IMG/VR virus record: IMGVR_UViG_3300031851_000007
Span: 58,279-78,278 of that record
Source of the DNA: an uncultured virus (IMG/VR IMGVR_UViG_3300031851_000007)
Lineage: Duplodnaviria > Heunggongvirae > Uroviricota > Caudoviricetes
Strand: one strand, 5' to 3'
DNA length: 20,000 nucleotides
Under the pieces are notes generated by a model. It ran no database searches. It had not been told where the DNA came from and saw only the letters and a list, made by a program, of their open reading frames with translations. Shown piece by piece: positions 19,074-20,000 of the stretch; the first letter of the stretch is position 1, and every line of letters starts with the position of its first letter. The translations under genes and the position numbers were made by a program.

Positions 19074-19514
19074 TTAGTCGTCGCCTTCAGTATCGTCAGC
19101 ACCTGTTAGTACGTCATCATCTGTACCTAGTACTGTGTCAGTACCTGCGCCTACGGCTGTACCAGCTTCTTCAATTGCTACTGTATCACCAGTACCTGTG
19201 AAGTCCCAAGTTGTAATTGATCCGTCATCTAAAGTAACTTTGCGTCCTGTAATCTTAGTAACTTGACGTGCTGTGCCGTCGTCGTCTACTGTAATTGTCA
19301 TTTCGCCTGCTAGAATATCTGCTGAATCTTTATCTACTAGTGTACAAAGATCTGTTTTTGTTCCGCCGGCATTTGAACAATTAAAACGCTTTGAACCTTT
19401 TTGGTTAACAATGTATCCTGGCATTGAACCAGAGCCGTCATTAAATTGTACTTTGATTTCAGATCCATCTGTTGTTGGTGCTCCGAAAAATCTTTTATTA
19501 AGTGGTCTTCCCAT
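19074..19514 (-). CDS. Hypothetical phage protein, 146 aa, with an acidic low-complexity C-tail; probably a late virion protein
   Basis: ORF track. Strong AGGAG SD at 19522-19526 and its own late-promoter box. Confidence 0.8.
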   Translation of the reverse strand: MGRPLNKRFFGAPTTDGSEIKVQFNDGSGSMPGYIVNQKGSKRFNCSNAGGTKTDLCTLVDKDSADILAGEMTITVDDDGTARQVTKITGRKVTLDDGSITTWDFTGTGDTVAIEEAGTAVGAGTDTVLGTDDDVLTGADDTEGDD

Positions 19515-19519
19515 TTGTT

Positions 19520-19605
19520 TTCTCCTATTTAAGTAGTCCTATGCCCGTTCTATGAGCTACGCTGTGGGTACAGCATAAGTCCGCCTTGCGGCACACTATT
19601 TGACA
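19520..19605 (-). ncRNA. Candidate structured cis-regulatory 5' leader RNA of the 146-aa gene
   Basis: Three consecutive hairpins: GCC-GCAA-GGC (GNRA; 19583-19592), UAUGCUGU-ACCC-ACAGCGUA (19558-19577) and GCUC-AUAGAAC-GGGC (19543-19557). Confidence 0.55.
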
Positions 19606-19609
19606 ATAG

Positions 19610-19617
19610 TATTTATC
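19610..19617 (-). promoter_or_regulatory. Putative late promoter box GATAAATA
   Basis: Fourth intergenic copy, just downstream of a terminator. Confidence 0.7.
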
Positions 19618-19630
19618 AAAGGTCTAAGAG

Positions 19631-19669
19631 AAAAGAAAAAAGGCCTACCGCATTAGTGGGTAGACCTTT
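19631..19669 (-). terminator. Intrinsic terminator
   Basis: Minus strand reads AAAGGTCTACC-CACTAATGC-GGTAGGCCTTT-TTTCTTTT: an 11-bp stem with one G-U pair, followed by a U-tract. Confidence 0.85.
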
Positions 19670-19671
19670 AA

Positions 19672-19881
19672 TAATAATGTGATAGGTTGGACTTTGAGAA
19701 TACCAACAACCTCCTAGTAGCTCTCGCATAATTCGGAGGAGCCTAGTATCGGATAGTTACTTCCAAAAACATATCTTTGTATCTCTACACTCATATGTTG
19801 CCACTACAGCTACTAGCCAAGTTGTGTCACTACGCAACACCGTTCCTTGCACTATCTAATCTAAACCGTCGTCTAGCTTAT
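19672..19881 (-). ncRNA. Candidate independently transcribed structured ncRNA (~210 nt)
   Basis: Bracketed by a sigma70-type promoter and an intrinsic terminator, with no convincing ORF. Contains multiple helices, a GAGA tetraloop and a perfect 9-nt long-range complement (CUAGUAGCU/AGCUACUAG). Confidence 0.65.
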
Positions 19882-19887
19882 ATATAC

Positions 19888-19915
19888 ATAATAGCATCTA
19901 TATATAAGATGTCAA
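19888..19915 (-). promoter_or_regulatory. Sigma70-type promoter (-35 TTGACA, 16-bp spacer, extended -10 TGcTATTAT)
   Basis: TTGACA at 19915-19910 and TATTAT at 19893-19888, preceded by TGn. An A-tract upstream resembles an UP element. Confidence 0.75.
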
Positions 19916-19925
19916 CCTTTTTTTT

Positions 19926-20000
19926 CTAAAAAGAATATTTAATTGTAGCTTTTATACTATCAGCATATTCAGTTCTTTGACCGGTCCATGTGTTTGTTCT
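19926..20000 (-). CDS. Partial CDS (3' end only), possibly an outer-membrane beta-barrel or porin-like protein
   Basis: Open frame ...RTNTWTGQRTEYADSIKATIKYSF* with TAG at 19928-19926. It ends in an alternating hydrophobic strand with terminal Y-x-F. Confidence 0.5.
   Translation of the reverse strand, partial: RTNTWTGQRTEYADSIKATIKYSF

Noticed and set aside
2918..19536. Many plus-strand ORFs of 60-215 aa (for example 3671..4318, 9381..9971, 2918..3391)
   Set aside because: They are antisense shadows of the minus-strand genes, with S/P/L/V/I-rich composition expected from codon bias, and no promoter or RBS support was seen.
19714..19794. 26-codon minus-strand ORF MSVEIQRYVFGSNYPILGSSELCESY inside the candidate ncRNA
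   Set aside because: No SD upstream, the AUG is buried in a predicted stem, and the length is within chance. It cannot be fully excluded without ribosome profiling.
19515..19925. tRNA, tmRNA, CRISPR array or hammerhead ribozyme in the long intergenic region
   Set aside because: No T-loop (GTTCRA) with acceptor stem, no regularly spaced direct repeats, and no CUGAUGA...GAAA core were seen.
1..20000. Alternative genetic code (stop-codon reassignment)
   Set aside because: The standard code gives long uninterrupted ORFs tiling almost the whole minus strand. Complete genes end in TAA, and no fragmentation by TAG or TGA is evident.

Overview
AT-rich window (roughly 35-37% GC by eye) from a large tailed dsDNA phage, most likely a T4-like or jumbo phage of a Gram-negative host. 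It is a co-directional minus-strand cluster of virion structural genes: 10 complete and 2 partial CDS. These include two pairs of large paralogous fibre/spike-like proteins with Trp-rich CBM5/12-like repeats, beta-helix, beta-propeller and LamG modules, plus small accessory proteins. Four intergenic (G/T)ATAAATA boxes resemble T4-type late promoters. The most notable unexplained signals are: (1) a free-standing, ~210-nt, apparently multi-domain and pseudoknotted candidate ncRNA at 19672-19881 with its own sigma70-type promoter and terminator; (2) two structured 5' leaders (13130-13236 and 19520-19605) between a late-promoter box and the RBS, each with mutually exclusive pairings; (3) a structural gene split inside a conserved domain into two translationally coupled ORFs at position 816; (4) the C-terminus of a probable outer-membrane beta-barrel protein at the right edge. 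All protein calls come from motif recognition by eye and all RNA structures from manual pairing; no database searches or folding programs were run.
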